NCBI GenBank assembly: GCA_023136265.1
Contig: JAGLRN010000034.1
Location: 761-64,760, forward strand
Length of the DNA stretch: 64,000 bases
Direction of reading: 5' to 3'
From: Thermoplasmata archaeon
GTDB taxonomy: Archaea > Thermoplasmatota > Thermoplasmata > RBG-16-68-12 > JAGMCJ01
Under the pieces are notes generated by a model. The model ran no database searches. It was not told the DNA's origin and saw nothing but the letters and a program-made list of their open reading frames with translations. The position numbers and the translations under genes are program-made. Positions 34,211-44,017 of the stretch are shown here, piece by piece (the stretch's first letter is position 1; each line of letters opens with the position of its first letter).

Positions 34211-34675
34211 CTAGATCTCCACGTCCCTGACAACTTCCTTCTTGAGAACGATGTCAAGCACGCCGTTTCGCAGAGTCCATTTCATGTCGCTCCCATGGAC
34301 GGTCGTGGGCAGGTCCACTTCCGCGTAGTACTTCCTCTCTCCTCCCACTCGGACTATCAGCTTGGATCCCTTCGCCTCGACCTCCACATCATCTTCCGAA
34401 GCTCCCGGAAGTTCCATCGTGACGAAGATCTCGCCCTTTCCCTGAATCACGTCCGTGAGCGGCTGCCTCTCTCCCAGGCCCTTTCCCTCTTCGAGATACC
34501 TGGTGTTGCCGAAATCCGAGATCTTTGTCTTGCCGTCGGGACCTGTTCGCAAGGAGAACCCATACATGAAGGACTCGTCCCTCAGCGAATCGATCTGAGA
34601 TAGCGAGAGCTGCCTGAACATCCTTCGCATGAGACGACGCATCATCGCGAATTCGTCTTCTGGCTCCTCGTCCAT
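34211..34675 (-). CDS. small heat-shock protein (Hsp20/alpha-crystallin family)
   Basis: Alpha-crystallin domain GEIFVTMELPGASEDDVEVEAKGSKLIVRVG...GVLDIVLKK. 154 aa. Confidence 0.75.
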   Translation of the reverse strand: MDEEPEDEFAMMRRLMRRMFRQLSLSQIDSLRDESFMYGFSLRTGPDGKTKISDFGNTRYLEEGKGLGERQPLTDVIQGKGEIFVTMELPGASEDDVEVEAKGSKLIVRVGGERKYYAEVDLPTTVHGSDMKWTLRNGVLDIVLKKEVVRDVEI

Positions 34676-34676
34676 T

Positions 34677-34880
34677 CTATCTTTCTACCAGGAACGAGAC
34701 CTTCACATTCGCCCTGAACTCAACGATTTCGTCGTCCCTTACTTTGGCGGAGAACTTGACCACATCGATGCCGCTGATGCCTCTCGTGGTCTTCTTCGCA
34801 TCGCTGAAGGCGTTGAGGATAGCGTCCTCGAAGCTCTTGTTTGAGCAGCCAACAAGCTCGACTACTTTTGCAGTTGTCAT
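34677..34880 (-). CDS. dodecin-family flavin-binding protein
   Basis: 67 aa. VVELVGCSNKSFEDA...ISGIDVVKFSAKVRDDEIVEFRANVKVSF matches the dodecin beta-alpha-beta-beta pattern. Confidence 0.65.
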   Translation of the reverse strand: MTTAKVVELVGCSNKSFEDAILNAFSDAKKTTRGISGIDVVKFSAKVRDDEIVEFRANVKVSFLVER

Positions 34881-34921
34881 TTAACCTCCCCAGTTCAGAA
34901 TCGCGTCGTGGTATAAGGTTC

Positions 34922-36655
34922 TTAGGTCTTGAACCACGCCAGGAGTTCTTTGGCGGGCAGGGTGTTCAGAACGTCCTCTGGCTCAAGCCAGGCTCGCCTG
35001 GCGGTGCCGACACCGAACTTCATGAAGTCCATTTGCCCCAACGTGTGCGCGTCCGTCCCGAGAACGAGCTTGACTCCCCGCTCCTTTGCCAATCTCGCGT
35101 CCCTGTCGTTCAGATCGAGCCTGTCGATCCACGAGTTGATCTCGAGAGCCGTGCTCGTCTCCAGGGCAGCATCCAGTATTTTGTCTATGTCCAGTTCGTA
35201 GGGCTCCCTTTTGCCGATGAGCCTCCCAGTGGGATGCGAGATGAAATCGACGTGCTCGTTCTCCATGGCCGTCACTATCCTCTCTGTCATCCTCTCCTTT
35301 TCCATCTTGAACTGGGAGTGCACCGCGCCGATCACTATGTCCAGCTCCTTGAGTATCTCGTCATCGTAGTCCAGTTCCCCGCTCACCTTGATGTTCACCT
35401 CGTTGCTCGAGAATATCCTGAAGCTCTTCTCCCTCCCGTTCAGTTCCTTGATCATGTCGACCTGCTCGAGCAGGACATCATCATCGAGTCCGCCGGCGAT
35501 CTTTATTCCCCTTGAGTGATCGGCAATGCCGACGTAGGAGTAGCCAAGCGTCTTGGACTCCTCCACCATCCTCTCGATGGATTCCGTTCCGTCGCTCCAC
35601 TCGGTGTGGACGTGGAGGTCTCCTTTGACGTCGTCGAGTCGTATCAACTTGGGCAAACAGTCCGACTGGGCAGCTTCGATTTCCCCTCTATCCTCTCTCA
35701 GCTCGGGTGCGATAAAGTCCATCCCCAGTGCTTCATAGACGCCCTCCTCAGTCTCTCCCGCAATCCGCTTCTCTCCCTCGAAGAGACCGTACTCGTTCAG
35801 CTTCCAGTCCTTGGTCTGGGCGATTCTCCTCAGACGGATATTGTGGTCCTTGGACCCGGTGAAGTACTGCAGCGCGGAACCGAAGCCCTGGGCGTCAACG
35901 ACACGGAGGTCCGTTTGCAGTCTTACGGTCGTCTGAAGCTCAACATTCCTTCTCTCCACAATCACGCTCGTCTTCGTGGGCCCGCTCACGATGACCTCTT
36001 CAACACCCGGGAGTGCGGTAAACGCTTTCATCACTTCCTCTGGCTCGTCCGATGCCACCAGAATGTCGAGGTCACCCACCGTTTCCCGCATCCTCCGAGC
36101 CGAGCCCGCCACGGATATCCTGCCGATGTGGCACTTTGTCTTCAGCACTTCGATCAGCTCTTCAGCAAGCGGGAGACCCAATCCCAGGAGTACCCTCTTC
36201 CCCGCTCCGGAGAAGGTGCGGAGACTGTTGAGTATGTTCTCCTCGCTCTTTTCGCTAAACCCTCTGAGCTTCCTGATTCTACCCTTCCTGGCGGCCTGCT
36301 CAAGTTCCTCGATGCTCGTCACTCCGAGTTGCTGGTACAAGGTCTTCACAGTTTTCGGGCCAACGCCAGGGATGTCAAGGAGCTCCAGAAGACCTGGCGG
36401 GAATTCGGCCTTGAGCCTCTCCAGGTAAGTTATCTTCCCGGTCTTGACATATTCCTCTATCTTCTTGGCTAGGGCCTTCCCGATTCCCGGGAGCTCTAGT
36501 AGCTCCCCCCTATCAGCGATTCCCGCAATGTCCTCCTTGAGCCCTTCCACGACTCTCGCGGCCCGCTGGTACGCCCGGGCCTTGAAAGGCTGGTCCTTCA
36601 CATCCTCGAGGTCGCCAATCTGGACGAGGATTGCCGCGAGCTCCTTGTTCTTCAC
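34922..36655 (-). CDS. polX: DNA polymerase X family protein with C-terminal PHP phosphoesterase domain
   Basis: N-terminal HhH/8-kDa region (AYQRAARVVEGLKEDIAGI), Pol-beta-like NT fold (GSARRMRETVGDLDILV), and a PHP domain with HVHTEWSDG...HSRG...H motifs. Confidence 0.85.
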   Translation of the reverse strand: MKNKELAAILVQIGDLEDVKDQPFKARAYQRAARVVEGLKEDIAGIADRGELLELPGIGKALAKKIEEYVKTGKITYLERLKAEFPPGLLELLDIPGVGPKTVKTLYQQLGVTSIEELEQAARKGRIRKLRGFSEKSEENILNSLRTFSGAGKRVLLGLGLPLAEELIEVLKTKCHIGRISVAGSARRMRETVGDLDILVASDEPEEVMKAFTALPGVEEVIVSGPTKTSVIVERRNVELQTTVRLQTDLRVVDAQGFGSALQYFTGSKDHNIRLRRIAQTKDWKLNEYGLFEGEKRIAGETEEGVYEALGMDFIAPELREDRGEIEAAQSDCLPKLIRLDDVKGDLHVHTEWSDGTESIERMVEESKTLGYSYVGIADHSRGIKIAGGLDDDVLLEQVDMIKELNGREKSFRIFSSNEVNIKVSGELDYDDEILKELDIVIGAVHSQFKMEKERMTERIVTAMENEHVDFISHPTGRLIGKREPYELDIDKILDAALETSTALEINSWIDRLDLNDRDARLAKERGVKLVLGTDAHTLGQMDFMKFGVGTARRAWLEPEDVLNTLPAKELLAWFKT

Positions 36656-36744
36656 ACGAATCTCAAATGAAACGGGTCATAAAAACCTTCTCGCGATTCA
36701 TCCATCTGCCCCGAAGAAGGGCCCAGGAACCAACCGAGCGCGAT

Positions 36745-36945
36745 CTATTCCTCGAAACCGAAGCCCATTTCCGGCTCACGGCATATGAGGAGGGATCTCG
36801 GCAGGTCATCGAAATCCTTGAATCGGAGAGTCAGAATCTCGTACTTCCCATCAGGAGTCATTCTTGTTGTCTTCATCTTGCTCCCTTTGCCTCGAACTTT
36901 TTCGATTCGTTTTCCAGGGTTTAAATGTTGCGTCCAGCCTATCAT
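36745..36945 (-). CDS. hypothetical small protein (possibly a shorter 43-aa product from the internal Met)
   Basis: ORF in the 400-nt gap between polX and the DUF47 gene. A TTTAAA element lies ~50 nt upstream of the internal MKTTR start. No homology recognised. Confidence 0.2.
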   Translation of the reverse strand: MIGWTQHLNPGKRIEKVRGKGSKMKTTRMTPDGKYEILTLRFKDFDDLPRSLLICREPEMGFGFEE

Positions 36946-37055
36946 GACTGATTCTCTGGCAGGTGATTGTGCACTCAGGTATTCGTCCGGCTCAAGTGAG
37001 CAAAAGCCTGGGCTGGGACCGGGGATACGAAGACCCGTCCGATGTCGAATTTCGG

Positions 37056-37727
37056 CTATACTCCGGACACGACCATTATGAAGAGCATCTCGGCCGCTGC
37101 CGCGCAGGAATCCGAGGCGTTCTCCAGCGCTGTGAGGAAGTCGTTCAGCACGACCACGGCCTTCGGGTCGTCGACCGCTCTGAGCATCTCCTTCTTGAGG
37201 TCATAGTAGAGTACATCCACTTGCCTCTCGAACCGGTCGATCTCCTTACGTCCCCTGAGAACACGCGCGTCGCTCACCCCTAGGGCTTCCAAGCTCTGCC
37301 TGAGAACTCTCCCGCTATCGACGTTGAGCTTGGTCACTTCCTTGAACCTCATCCACAGGATGGGTTTGATGCGAGCCCTGGTCTCTATGAGGATCTCCAG
37401 GTTTCGCGAACCTGCCTTAGCCCAGTCCGCGGCCGAATCCACTCTTCTTATCAGCCGCATCAGGTCTCCTCTCGCGGAAGGGTCCATGTCCCCTTTCGAG
37501 ATCTCCTCGAAGATATCGTCCTCTATGCTGTCCGCTGCCGTCTCGTTTATGTCCAGACGTTTGATGGCCTCCATGGCCTGGGGTTTCTTGCCTGCCATCA
37601 TTCCAGCAATGGCATTGTCCAGCTCAACGAGCGCATCTTCGACCTTCTTCGCATGCTCCCGGGTCTGTTGCATCGCTCTGGATCCTCTTCTCTTTCGGAA
37701 CCAGCCGAGCATTCCGCTTTCACTCAA
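37056..37727 (-). CDS. DUF47 / PhoU-like family protein (putative transport regulator)
   Basis: 223 aa all-helical protein with the DUF47 layout (TIGR00153-like). 8-nt overlap with the upstream ABC ATPase gene. Confidence 0.6.
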   Translation of the reverse strand: MSESGMLGWFRKRRGSRAMQQTREHAKKVEDALVELDNAIAGMMAGKKPQAMEAIKRLDINETAADSIEDDIFEEISKGDMDPSARGDLMRLIRRVDSAADWAKAGSRNLEILIETRARIKPILWMRFKEVTKLNVDSGRVLRQSLEALGVSDARVLRGRKEIDRFERQVDVLYYDLKKEMLRAVDDPKAVVVLNDFLTALENASDSCAAAAEMLFIMVVSGV

Positions 37728-38820
37728 GTTTTATCACCTCCGAAAGGCCCTCCCTCGGTGCCGGGAAGGTAAGGATGTTCGTCTCATCGAAAGAGACGGC
37801 CACCTGCTCACCCTCCTTGAACTCCTCTCCCGTGAAGCTGTCCACGAAGACGTGGTCATCGCTTGCGAGGAGCACTTCGTACCTCAGGTAGGACCCCATG
37901 AACCTAATGCTCTCGATTCTTCCGGGGATCGCATTTCCAAGTCTTGTTCCCCTCAACTCCTCAACTCTCAGATTCTCCGGCCTCATCGCCAGGATTATCG
38001 CGGCACCCATCCGGAAGTCGCGATTGCTCAGCGTCAAGTACTCCTGATTCCTCAGCTCTATGATCGCCCAGTAGTCTCTGAGCTTGTTAATCGCTCCCTG
38101 GAGGAAGTTCATCTCGCCCACGAAATTCGCCGTGAAGATGCTCTTCGGGTTGTTGTAGAGGTTCTCCGGGGAGTCGATTTCCACTATCCTCCCCGCCCTC
38201 ATCACAACTATTCTGTCGGAGACGGAGCTCGCTTCCTCCTGATCGTGCGTGACGTGGACCGCTGTCAGGCCGAGGTCCTTGACGAGTCTTCTGAGCTCGT
38301 ATCTGAGGTCGACTCTGACCCTGGCATCCAACGCTGACATTGGCTCGTCCAGAATCAACAGCTTCGCCTGCGATGCCAACGCCCTCGCAAGGCCAGCCTT
38401 CTGTTGTGTGCCCGTGCTCAGCTCTCCTGGAAAGAACTTCTTGCGGTCCAGCAGGTCGACGAGGTCCAGAACCTCCTGGGCGATCTTGTCCCTCTCCTCG
38501 ACCGGGAAGTCCTTCACGATTGGTGCATATGTTGCGTTCGAGAGGACCGTCATATGGGGAAAGAGGGCGATGTTCTGGAACACGTAGCCTAGGTCCCTGT
38601 CCTCCACGGGGACCTCGTTCATTCTCTTCCCGTCTATGAGAATCTCTCCCTCCGTCGGCTCCCAGATCCCTGAGATGATTTTGACGAGCGTCGTCTTTCC
38701 GCAACCGCTGGGTCCGAGGAGGGTGACGTATTCCTTGTCCTCGATCGTGAGGTTCACGTCCTTCACGGCAACGATCTCGCCGAACCGCTTCGTAATCCCC
38801 TTGAGCTCGATCCGAGGCAC
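37720..38820 (-). CDS. ABC importer ATP-binding protein A with C-terminal TOBE-like domain
   Basis: Walker A GPSGCGKTT, Q-loop, signature LSTGTQQKAGLARAL, Walker B LILDEPMSALD. Probable GTG start at 38820 preceded by GGAGGTGGAG, overlapping the TAG of the upstream gene. The ORF track extends to 38877. Confidence 0.8.
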   Translation of the reverse strand: MPRIELKGITKRFGEIVAVKDVNLTIEDKEYVTLLGPSGCGKTTLVKIISGIWEPTEGEILIDGKRMNEVPVEDRDLGYVFQNIALFPHMTVLSNATYAPIVKDFPVEERDKIAQEVLDLVDLLDRKKFFPGELSTGTQQKAGLARALASQAKLLILDEPMSALDARVRVDLRYELRRLVKDLGLTAVHVTHDQEEASSVSDRIVVMRAGRIVEIDSPENLYNNPKSIFTANFVGEMNFLQGAINKLRDYWAIIELRNQEYLTLSNRDFRMGAAIILAMRPENLRVEELRGTRLGNAIPGRIESIRFMGSYLRYEVLLASDDHVFVDSFTGEEFKEGEQVAVSFDETNILTFPAPREGLSEVIKLE

Positions 38821-39929
38821 TACTCCACCTCCAGTTCTTCCTTCAAACCCTTCTCGGGTATGGGAAAGATGATGCACTTCGATGGTTCCAGGTGTGCCGT
38901 TACCTCCATGCCCTTGCGGAATTTGACGCCGATGGACGATGGCATCTTGACATGAAGCATCTTTCCACCGTCCGTCTCAATCACTATGCTCACCAGCCTG
39001 CCGAGGAAGAGCCTCCTCACGACTTTGGCGGGAATGTGGTTCTGCCCCTCCACGACCCCGTCGAGCAGCCTGACATTCTCCGTCTTTATTCCAACACAAG
39101 CCTCCGAGCCCCGTGGCAGGTCCGTCGGGCGGGCACGGAGGACGTATTCCTCCCCCTCGAGCTCACTGTGGTCCTCGCTCACAGAGTGCACAGTGCCCTC
39201 GAAGAAGTTGGCCTCGCCGACGAAATGGCAGATGAAAGGTCTCGCGGGATTATCATATATCTCCTCAGGTCTATCCAGTTGCTCTATCCTTCCCTTTCTC
39301 AGCACGGCAACCTTGTCCGCCATCGTCATCGCGATTTCCTGGTCATGGGTGACGTGCAGGGCGGTGATACCGAGGTCGGAGGTCAAACGCGCGAGCTCGT
39401 ACCTGAGCTCGATCCTCAGGCGGGCGTCGAGGGCCCGCAGTGGCTCATCCAACAGCAGGATTTTGACGTCGGTCGCCAGCGCCCGGGCGAGCGCATTCCT
39501 CTGCTTCATCCCGCCGCTTAGCTCGTCGGGGCGGGCGGTTCTCCTGTCGTAGAGCCTGACGAGGTTCAGCATCTCCCGGGCGAGCATATCGCATTTCGAC
39601 TCATCCCAGTCCTTGACTGTGGGGCCGAACTTCGTGTTATCCCAGACCGTCATGTGGCGGAACAGTGCATATGTCTGAGATAGGTAGACCATTCCCCTGT
39701 CCTCTGGCGGGAGGTTGTCCACCCGCTCGCCGTCCACGAATATCTTCCCGCTGTCAGGAGGCGTTAGGCCGGCAATCATCTTCAGGAGCGTCGTCTTTCC
39801 GGCTCCCGTCGGTCCGAGGATTACGATGTACTCTCCGTCCTTGACTTCGAGACTGATGTCATCCGCAGCGACTATGCCGTCGAACCTCTTGCTGAGACCT
39901 TCGAGCCTTATCGAGGGAATTCTAGGCAC
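38820..39929 (-). CDS. ABC importer ATP-binding protein B with C-terminal TOBE-like domain
   Basis: Walker A GPTGAGKTT, signature LSGGMKQRNALARAL, Walker B LLLDEPLRALD. Paralogous to ATPase A. Confidence 0.8.
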   Translation of the reverse strand: MPRIPSIRLEGLSKRFDGIVAADDISLEVKDGEYIVILGPTGAGKTTLLKMIAGLTPPDSGKIFVDGERVDNLPPEDRGMVYLSQTYALFRHMTVWDNTKFGPTVKDWDESKCDMLAREMLNLVRLYDRRTARPDELSGGMKQRNALARALATDVKILLLDEPLRALDARLRIELRYELARLTSDLGITALHVTHDQEIAMTMADKVAVLRKGRIEQLDRPEEIYDNPARPFICHFVGEANFFEGTVHSVSEDHSELEGEEYVLRARPTDLPRGSEACVGIKTENVRLLDGVVEGQNHIPAKVVRRLFLGRLVSIVIETDGGKMLHVKMPSSIGVKFRKGMEVTAHLEPSKCIIFPIPEKGLKEELEVE

Positions 39930-42216
39930 CTCCTCTCGTTGTCAACCTTCTCATGACGAGGACGATTATGAACGAGACCATTATCAATAGAATGCTGGCA
40001 AGCCCCGCCTGGTAGTAGCTTCCCGTCCTGATGAGTTCCACGATGTAGACCGGGGCGGTGATCGCTTTGGGGGATACCGCCAGCGTCGCACCTGTCTCTC
40101 CCAAGCTCCTGGTGAAGGTCATTATCGCACCAGCTAGGACTGAGGCCTTCATCATGGGGAACATCACCCGCTTGAAGACTTGCAGGGGTTTCGCACCGAG
40201 CGTTCTCGCGGTATCTTCGTATGTCGTGTCCAAACTCTCAAGGGCTCCGACCACATTTCTGACCACAAAGGGATAGGTGAAGGCCACATGGGCCATTATG
40301 ATGAGAAAGACGTCAGCAGTGACCGGCAGGAAGGGCTGGGTCGTCCAGAAGAGTCCAAGGGAGAAACCCAACGCGGCGGTCGGAACGATGAACGGTATGT
40401 TCACCAGAACATCGAGGATGCCCGCCGCCTTTTTCTTGCGTGAGCGTGCGATGAGAATCCCCATCGGGATCCCGAGAAGAAGGACTATCGTGGTCACCAC
40501 GCCCGCGATCGCGAACGAGAGGCCAAGGCTGCTCCAGAACGCTCCCCAATCTGCCGTCTGAGAGGGCTCTGCGGTCGCCACGAAGCCGAAGATGAAGAAC
40601 GCCGGGATCAGGACCACGAACGTGAGGAAGAAGAAGGCCCCTGCGTCCTTCAGTTTGGGGAAGGCCCCCTTGCTCAGTTTCTTCTCCAGATTCGTCCAGA
40701 CCTTTCTCATCGGCAGCTTGACCCTCGTGACGATTATCTTGACGATGATGAGCAGGATAATCGAGAGGACGATGAGCACAATGCTCACGAAGGCGAGGGC
40801 GGGAACGAGAGCGTCATTGAAGAGCGAGGCCGACTTCATCGTTCCGATCAGAGCCGTGGCATTGTATTCCCTGCTTTGGATCGTCGATAGTGCCGCCATG
40901 ACACCGCCCGTTTCGCTCAGCGTCTTCGCCAGGCAGAGTATGGCGCCTGTCACGATGCCGGACCTGAAGAGGGGCAAAGTGACGGTCCTCGCGGCAGTCA
41001 GTCTGCTCGCACCGCAGGCCCTCGCTGCCACCTCGTAGTTGATGTCGATCTCCTCGAGTATGGCCGCAAGGGACCGGACCATGTACGGGAAGGAGAATAC
41101 GATCTGTAGGAGGAGGAGCAGGACGAAGGCGGAGTTTGTGAAGCTTATCGCACCCCAGGGCTTGTCTATTCCCGGCGTTATCCCCCAGAAGAGGGCAGCC
41201 GAGAATCCCATGGCAGCCGTCGGGATTGCGAGCGGCATGTCAATCAGAGTGTTAACGTACGACTTCCCCCTGAACTCCTTCCTCACGAGGACCCAGGCGA
41301 TCGGGAGACCCACAGCGAGATCGATGAGGGTCGCGATTATGGCAACGACGAAGGACAGCGTCAGCGCCCCGGTGATCTGGGAGAGCACCTCCCTTGAGAA
41401 CGATCTCGTGAGGACCATTGGTGCTGGCGACGAATCGTCCACGGGGTCATCCACTCCGACGCCGATCCCTTTGAGATTGGAGCCCGTCCACAGGCCAGAG
41501 TCCTCGACAACCCTGACCCTGAAGTAGTGCACCTCATTGAGAGCGACGGTGACGACGGTGGAGTTCTCGGTATGGTTTGTTATCGTGTCCACGAGCGTGG
41601 CGCTTCCAGGAACGAATTGCGAATCATTGGACGCGTACACTTCGTAGCTGTCGAAGTCGTCGTCCTCGGAGACGGTCCAATTGACCGTGACGTTGTCCCC
41701 CTGAACCCAGAGCGAGAGGAGCTCGACAGGCTCCGGGGATGTGTACTGGGCGTCCATGTTGTCCGAGAGCTGGTTCGAGTCCGTCCACAGCCCGCTCGAG
41801 TCGACAACGCGTATCCTGGCATAGTACCGGTCACCGGCCGGTATCCCCGAGACCATGGTGAAGGTGCTCGACCTTGCCTTCTCGAGGCTGACATCTCCTC
41901 CCTTGGTGTCTATGGTCAGAACGAGCGTTGAGCTGTTGGGAGCGAATCCGCTTGTCGTTGAGAAGTGCACCTCGTATCCGACAAAGTCCTGATCGTTGTT
42001 CTTCTCCCAGTAGAGGTTCGTGGTCTTCTTGTTCCCGAACACTTGGGTCTGGATATCGTCCCATCCCGTGAAGGCGTAGGACATGACGTAGAGCGTGGGC
42101 AGTAGAACGATCAAGAGAAAGAAGAGAATGATGAAGGCGTACCAGGCCTTGGAGACTGACCGCCCTGAAACGAAGTTCAGTGCTCTCCTCCCCAAGTTCA
42201 TAGTTCCAACCTTCAC
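39922..42216 (-). CDS. fused two-domain ABC importer permease with N-terminal extracytoplasmic tandem FN3-like domains
   Basis: 764 aa. TM1 is followed by two ~100-aa beta-sandwich segments (YEVHFSTTSGF...YARIRVVDSSGLW; YEVYASNDSQF...YFRVRVVEDSGLW). Then two permease modules, each with an EAA loop (ILEEIDINYEVAARACGAS...; ALESLDTTYEDTARTLGAK...). Confidence 0.75.
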   Translation of the reverse strand: MKVGTMNLGRRALNFVSGRSVSKAWYAFIILFFLLIVLLPTLYVMSYAFTGWDDIQTQVFGNKKTTNLYWEKNNDQDFVGYEVHFSTTSGFAPNSSTLVLTIDTKGGDVSLEKARSSTFTMVSGIPAGDRYYARIRVVDSSGLWTDSNQLSDNMDAQYTSPEPVELLSLWVQGDNVTVNWTVSEDDDFDSYEVYASNDSQFVPGSATLVDTITNHTENSTVVTVALNEVHYFRVRVVEDSGLWTGSNLKGIGVGVDDPVDDSSPAPMVLTRSFSREVLSQITGALTLSFVVAIIATLIDLAVGLPIAWVLVRKEFRGKSYVNTLIDMPLAIPTAAMGFSAALFWGITPGIDKPWGAISFTNSAFVLLLLLQIVFSFPYMVRSLAAILEEIDINYEVAARACGASRLTAARTVTLPLFRSGIVTGAILCLAKTLSETGGVMAALSTIQSREYNATALIGTMKSASLFNDALVPALAFVSIVLIVLSIILLIIVKIIVTRVKLPMRKVWTNLEKKLSKGAFPKLKDAGAFFFLTFVVLIPAFFIFGFVATAEPSQTADWGAFWSSLGLSFAIAGVVTTIVLLLGIPMGILIARSRKKKAAGILDVLVNIPFIVPTAALGFSLGLFWTTQPFLPVTADVFLIIMAHVAFTYPFVVRNVVGALESLDTTYEDTARTLGAKPLQVFKRVMFPMMKASVLAGAIMTFTRSLGETGATLAVSPKAITAPVYIVELIRTGSYYQAGLASILLIMVSFIIVLVMRRLTTRGGA

Positions 42217-42302
42217 AAGTTGGCCTAAGCCTTTGGGGGATATTCTCCTTCGATAGTTATACTTTCACCCTCTCGGAACCGTCGCCCCGGCGATCTGAGA
42301 AA

Positions 42303-42314
42303 GTCAATATATAC
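42303..42314 (+). promoter_or_regulatory. TATA box (AATATATAC) for oxidoreductase operon
   Basis: Lies ~39 nt upstream of ATG 42353, which is preceded by the strong SD GAGGAGGAGG. Confidence 0.4.
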
Positions 42315-42352
42315 GATGTCACATCACCCTCTTGCTTGAGGAGGAGGATGAA

Positions 42353-44017
42353 ATGGTTCAGGATCTTCTAACAGTGATTGTGGGTGGGGAAGCAGGTCAC
42401 GGCGTCAAGAAGAGCGGCAATGTGATATCCATACTGATGAATGAACTCGGCAGGTACGTCTTCGAGATGGACGACTATCCATCCCTGATTAGGGGAGGTC
42501 ACAACTTCTCGGTTGTCTCCTCTTCGACATCTCCGGTGTACAGCCACTATATGTCAGCCGACATCATCGTCTGCTTGGACGAGAGGAGCGTCGACATGCA
42601 CAAGGATAGGCTGAAGGACGGAGGCTCTCTCGTCTACAATGCGGACACCGTCACATTGGATTCCGGAAGTGGCCTTCCGATGAAGACGTGGATCAAGGAC
42701 ATCAAGGGCATTCCTCTAATGGCGGGAACAATCGGGGTCGCGGCCGTGTCCGCCCTTTGCGGCGTCGAGTTCTCCTTCCTTGAGAGGATTTTCAGGGCAA
42801 ACTATCCGCGCGGTCTGGAAGCCAACGTCGAGCTGGCAAGGATTGTCTACGAGCGGATGAAGGACGACGAGGGCAAGTTCGAGCTGACTACGGCGGAAAC
42901 CCCGCCGGGTCATCTGCTGGCGGGGAACGAGGCGATTGCGCTTGGTGCCGCAGCGGCGGGTCTAGATGTCTACATCGCATATCCCATGACACCCGCTTCG
43001 ACCGTCCTTCACTATCTGGCTGCTTTTAGCAAGAAGCTGGGGATGGCCGTCGTTCATCCCGAGACCGAGATCGCGGTCATCAACATGGCGTTGGGATCCG
43101 CGTATGCAGGGGCTAGGACGGCGGTCGGGTCGAGCGGGGGAGGCTTTGCCCTGATGCACGAGGCCTTCAGCTTAGCGGGGATGAGCGAGACACCTCTCAT
43201 GGTCATCCTAGCGTCACGTCCGGGGCCGTCGACGGGTGTGCCGACCTACACTGGTCAGGGGGATCTGGACTTCGCGCTCAATGTGGGTCACGGTGAGTTC
43301 CCGAGAATCGTCCTGTCGCCATCAGGAACGAACCAGGCTTTCGAGAAGGCCGCCGAGCTGCTCAACCTCGTCTGGAAGTTCCAGGTTCCTGGGATACTGC
43401 TCACCGAGAAGCATCTGGGAGAGAGCTGGATGACGACAAGCATCGACCCGGAGAGCGTGGAGATCACAGAACCGAGCCTCTACGGTGGCCCGCTCGAGCA
43501 ATACGGGCGGTACGAGAAGACCGATTCGGGCATCTCTCCGATGCTCTTCCCGCCCGCGAAGGGGACCGTTGTCAAGGCAAGCAGCTACGAGCATGACCAG
43601 AAGGGCATCACCACCGAAGAGGCTGAGAAGATCATGGAGATGCAGGAGAAGCGGTACGTGAAGGAGAAGGCGATCAGAGAGGAGATGCGAAACCTCCTGA
43701 CAGTTGCCACGCACGGCGAAGGAAGCAAGTCCCTGGTAACGTACGGTTCAACGACATTGTCCGCTCTGGAGGCGGTGAAGAACGTGGACGACGTGAGAGT
43801 CGTTCAGGTAATCTTTCTCAGGCCGTTCCCGGACTGGGCGCTTCAGGAGGCGCTCTCAGGTTCCGACGTCATCGTCGCGGAGCTCAGCATTTCCGGTCAG
43901 TTCGAGAACCTCCTCCGCTCAAAAGGCTTCGACGTTTCAGCTCATATAAGGCAGTATGACGGGCGGGCATTCGACCCGCCTGAACTCGCAGCGCGCGTAC
44001 GGGAGGTAACTCAATGA
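42353..44017 (+). CDS. 2-oxoacid:ferredoxin oxidoreductase alpha subunit (fused gamma-alpha type, two-subunit OFOR)
   Basis: The N-terminal gamma-like domain (VGGEAGHGVKKSGN) is followed by an alpha domain (pyruvate flavodoxin/ferredoxin oxidoreductase-like). The ATG at 42353 is preferred over the TTG at 42332. Confidence 0.8.
   Translation: MVQDLLTVIVGGEAGHGVKKSGNVISILMNELGRYVFEMDDYPSLIRGGHNFSVVSSSTSPVYSHYMSADIIVCLDERSVDMHKDRLKDGGSLVYNADTVTLDSGSGLPMKTWIKDIKGIPLMAGTIGVAAVSALCGVEFSFLERIFRANYPRGLEANVELARIVYERMKDDEGKFELTTAETPPGHLLAGNEAIALGAAAAGLDVYIAYPMTPASTVLHYLAAFSKKLGMAVVHPETEIAVINMALGSAYAGARTAVGSSGGGFALMHEAFSLAGMSETPLMVILASRPGPSTGVPTYTGQGDLDFALNVGHGEFPRIVLSPSGTNQAFEKAAELLNLVWKFQVPGILLTEKHLGESWMTTSIDPESVEITEPSLYGGPLEQYGRYEKTDSGISPMLFPPAKGTVVKASSYEHDQKGITTEEAEKIMEMQEKRYVKEKAIREEMRNLLTVATHGEGSKSLVTYGSTTLSALEAVKNVDDVRVVQVIFLRPFPDWALQEALSGSDVIVAELSISGQFENLLRSKGFDVSAHIRQYDGRAFDPPELAARVREVTQ

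Noticed and set aside
36631-36924. 97-aa plus-strand ORF in the polX / DUF47 intergenic region
   Set aside because: It overlaps the minus-strand small ORF, has no motifs or ribosome-binding context, and is Ser/Arg-rich. Considered noise. Only the minus-strand small ORF is kept, at low confidence.
42332-42352. Longer TTG-initiated N-terminus (MLEEEDE...) for the oxidoreductase alpha subunit
   Set aside because: The ATG at 42353 is preceded at ideal spacing by GAGGAGGAGG, and the TATA box is ~39 nt upstream. The TTG extension would place the start only ~18 nt from the TATA box.
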